Below are positions 62,301 to 64,000 of a stretch of 64,000 nucleotides of DNA, one piece after another. This DNA comes from Paraphysomonas bandaiensis. Lineage: Eukaryota > Protista > Chrysophyceae. The notes beneath the pieces are model-generated. The model did not search any database. It had not been told where the DNA came from and saw only the letters and a program-made list of their open reading frames with translations. The stretch covers positions 1 through 64,000 of the forward strand of contig CBFFRP010000418.1 in assembly GCA_965644295.1 (NCBI GenBank), given 5' to 3'. Within the stretch, counting starts at the first letter, position 1. Each line of letters opens with the position of its first letter. A program made the translations under genes and the position numbers.

Positions 62301-64000
62301 TACCCTAACCTGAGCTTGGAGGGACAGACCAAAGCTAAAGTTTTGAGTGGTCTAGTAGCCGACGAGTTAGTTGACAAATTTGTAGAGGCCCTTGGTGGAC
62401 TTACTCACCCTGAGTTGAGATGGAGTGATGGGGTCAAGCGGGTGGCTGAGCTCTTCAGACTAAAAAAAGGCAAAGAGGCAGAGGAGTATCATCAAGAATT
62501 AGTTGCAGCCACAACTTCTACTGAATGGGAGCTGGTGGGAACGAAAATAGGAGCATATAATATGAGGTTAAAACCATACGATGCTACCTTGTGTGTAAAT
62601 TGAGTGACTGTTTTTTATTGCGTCTCAGGTTTGCGCGGTACATGGCGAAGAAACGTGTCGTAGCAGGTACTCGAGGCAGCGGGTCTCAGCGGACTAGTCA
62701 GAGCAGGGGACGAGGAAGCTCTAGTAGCTGTAACGTCGGGCTCTCGTCTGGTCTCGTGGATGAGTTGCTCGAAGAGTCTAGGGATCTTTCGAGCGGAGGT
62801 CGAGGGTGGTCTATGAGATTTTCATCCGGAAAGGTTCCAGTAACGGAGTTTTCTGAGTGGTTGGCTGATCTGGGTCCTTTATTGCTTTCTATGTCATCAT
62901 CCTCCCTTTCTCATCAGATAGAAGTGCCAGGACAATATAGCAACTGTGAGAGAGAACCTATGGTCAACCAACATGCCACAATCCTTTCCGTTGGTCCAGA
63001 GCTACTTGTTATGTCATCCATTCGCAAACCTAAGCGTTTATCTATTTTGAGCAGCACTGGCGAGGAAGTAAAGTTCCTCGTGAAAGGCGGGGAAGATCTA
63101 AGAAATGATGAGAGAATTGAGCAGCTTTTTATGCTCATGAATACTATCGTGACTAGTCATAGGTCGTCAGAGGGAGGACCCTCTGGAGGAAAAAGAGATA
63201 GACTTAGAGCGCGAACGTTTTCTGTTATTCCTATGACTCCAAAAGTAGGAGTATTGGAGTGGGTTCCGAATACTGTCCCCCTCAAAAGCATTGTGTCCGA
63301 GGAAATGGCGCTAGACTCTGACTTTCTCAAGTTAAATCCAGGTTGTTTGAAAACAGGTGCCAAGTCGGTGGACTTATCAAGTATTGTTGCCTCGAAAAAG
63401 AGATTGGACTGGTTAAAGGGTAGTTATCAAGCCAATGACTACCACACTATGTTTGTGAAAGCTAAGGCAGAACATGCTCGTACGCTGTGGAAAAAAATAG
63501 CCCGGACGACACCCCAGGACTATCTTCGACGTAGATTCATCCGCATGTCTCCTTCTCCCGAAGTGTTTCTTACCCTCCGATCAGAGTGTGCGATCTCTCT
63601 TGCTGTCAGCAGTATATTCGGGTACATCCTTGGTATTGGAGACAGGCATCTAGATAACTTACTAATTGACATACGAGCTGGTAGTGTGGTGCAAATAGAC
63701 TTTGGGATATGTTTTGGTATGGGTGCGAGCGTGTTGCCTGTACCAGAATTAATTCCATTTCGACTCACCGGTCAACTTCGGTCACTCTTCACTCCTTTAG
63801 ATGGCACGAATCTTTTGCGACACTATATGGTGGAGACTCTGAGTGGAATTAGAGGGGAGGATGGGAGGAGTGCGCTTTGTAATGCCCTGGAAGTATATGT
63901 GAACGATCCCGTTGTTGACTGGCTGAAAGGGTCAGTCACTAAAGCTGAAATGGAAACTGTACGCGATGATGTTAAGTGGGAGCCAAGAAGGAGGATAGCC
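50386..64000 (+). CDS. PRKDC: DNA-dependent protein kinase catalytic subunit, 3' end outside window
   Basis: >4000 codons over several exons. HEAT-like N-terminus, S/TQ cluster at ~59400-59760, YRDGELPD at 59934-59957, FAT region, kinase motifs FLVKGGEDLRNDERIEQLF, GIGDRHLDN, DFG and LPVPELIPFRLT. The last exon, from 62629, is open to the window end. Confidence 0.96.

Noticed and set aside
53733-62628. Breaks between DNA-PKcs ORFs as frameshifts or pseudogenisation
   Set aside because: The breaks coincide with short GT-AG introns (for example 62567-62628, which joins in frame).

Overview
Eukaryotic nuclear DNA with short GT-AG introns. It is probably a plastid-bearing stramenopile (ochrophyte); this is inferred from a bipartite plastid-targeting leader and the gene content. 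There are nine host genes: a 6x IPT/TIG-repeat type-I membrane protein, a plastid GluTR-binding/HugZ-like protein, a patatin-like lipase, a multi-TM hybrid histidine kinase, a DENN protein, a sialate O-acetylesterase, an RBR E3 ligase, a secreted SGNH protein and DNA-PKcs (running off the right end). There is also one intronless orphan ORF. Transposable elements are dense: two Ty3/Gypsy LTR elements, a Copia remnant, a 5'-truncated LINE, a dead Harbinger and several MITE families. The most unusual object is the minus-strand Gypsy element at 1-~6700. Its gag and pol are in the same frame, separated by a single UGA. That UGA lies inside a 55-nt cUUCGg-capped hairpin that also covers the donor of a candidate in-frame 42-nt intron. 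Its otherwise intact reverse transcriptase has IFDN instead of YxDD, and its Gag carries a CCCH rather than CCHC zinc finger. The second Gypsy element (a chromovirus with identical LTRs and no tRNA-type PBS) has recently split the histidine kinase between its kinase and receiver domains.
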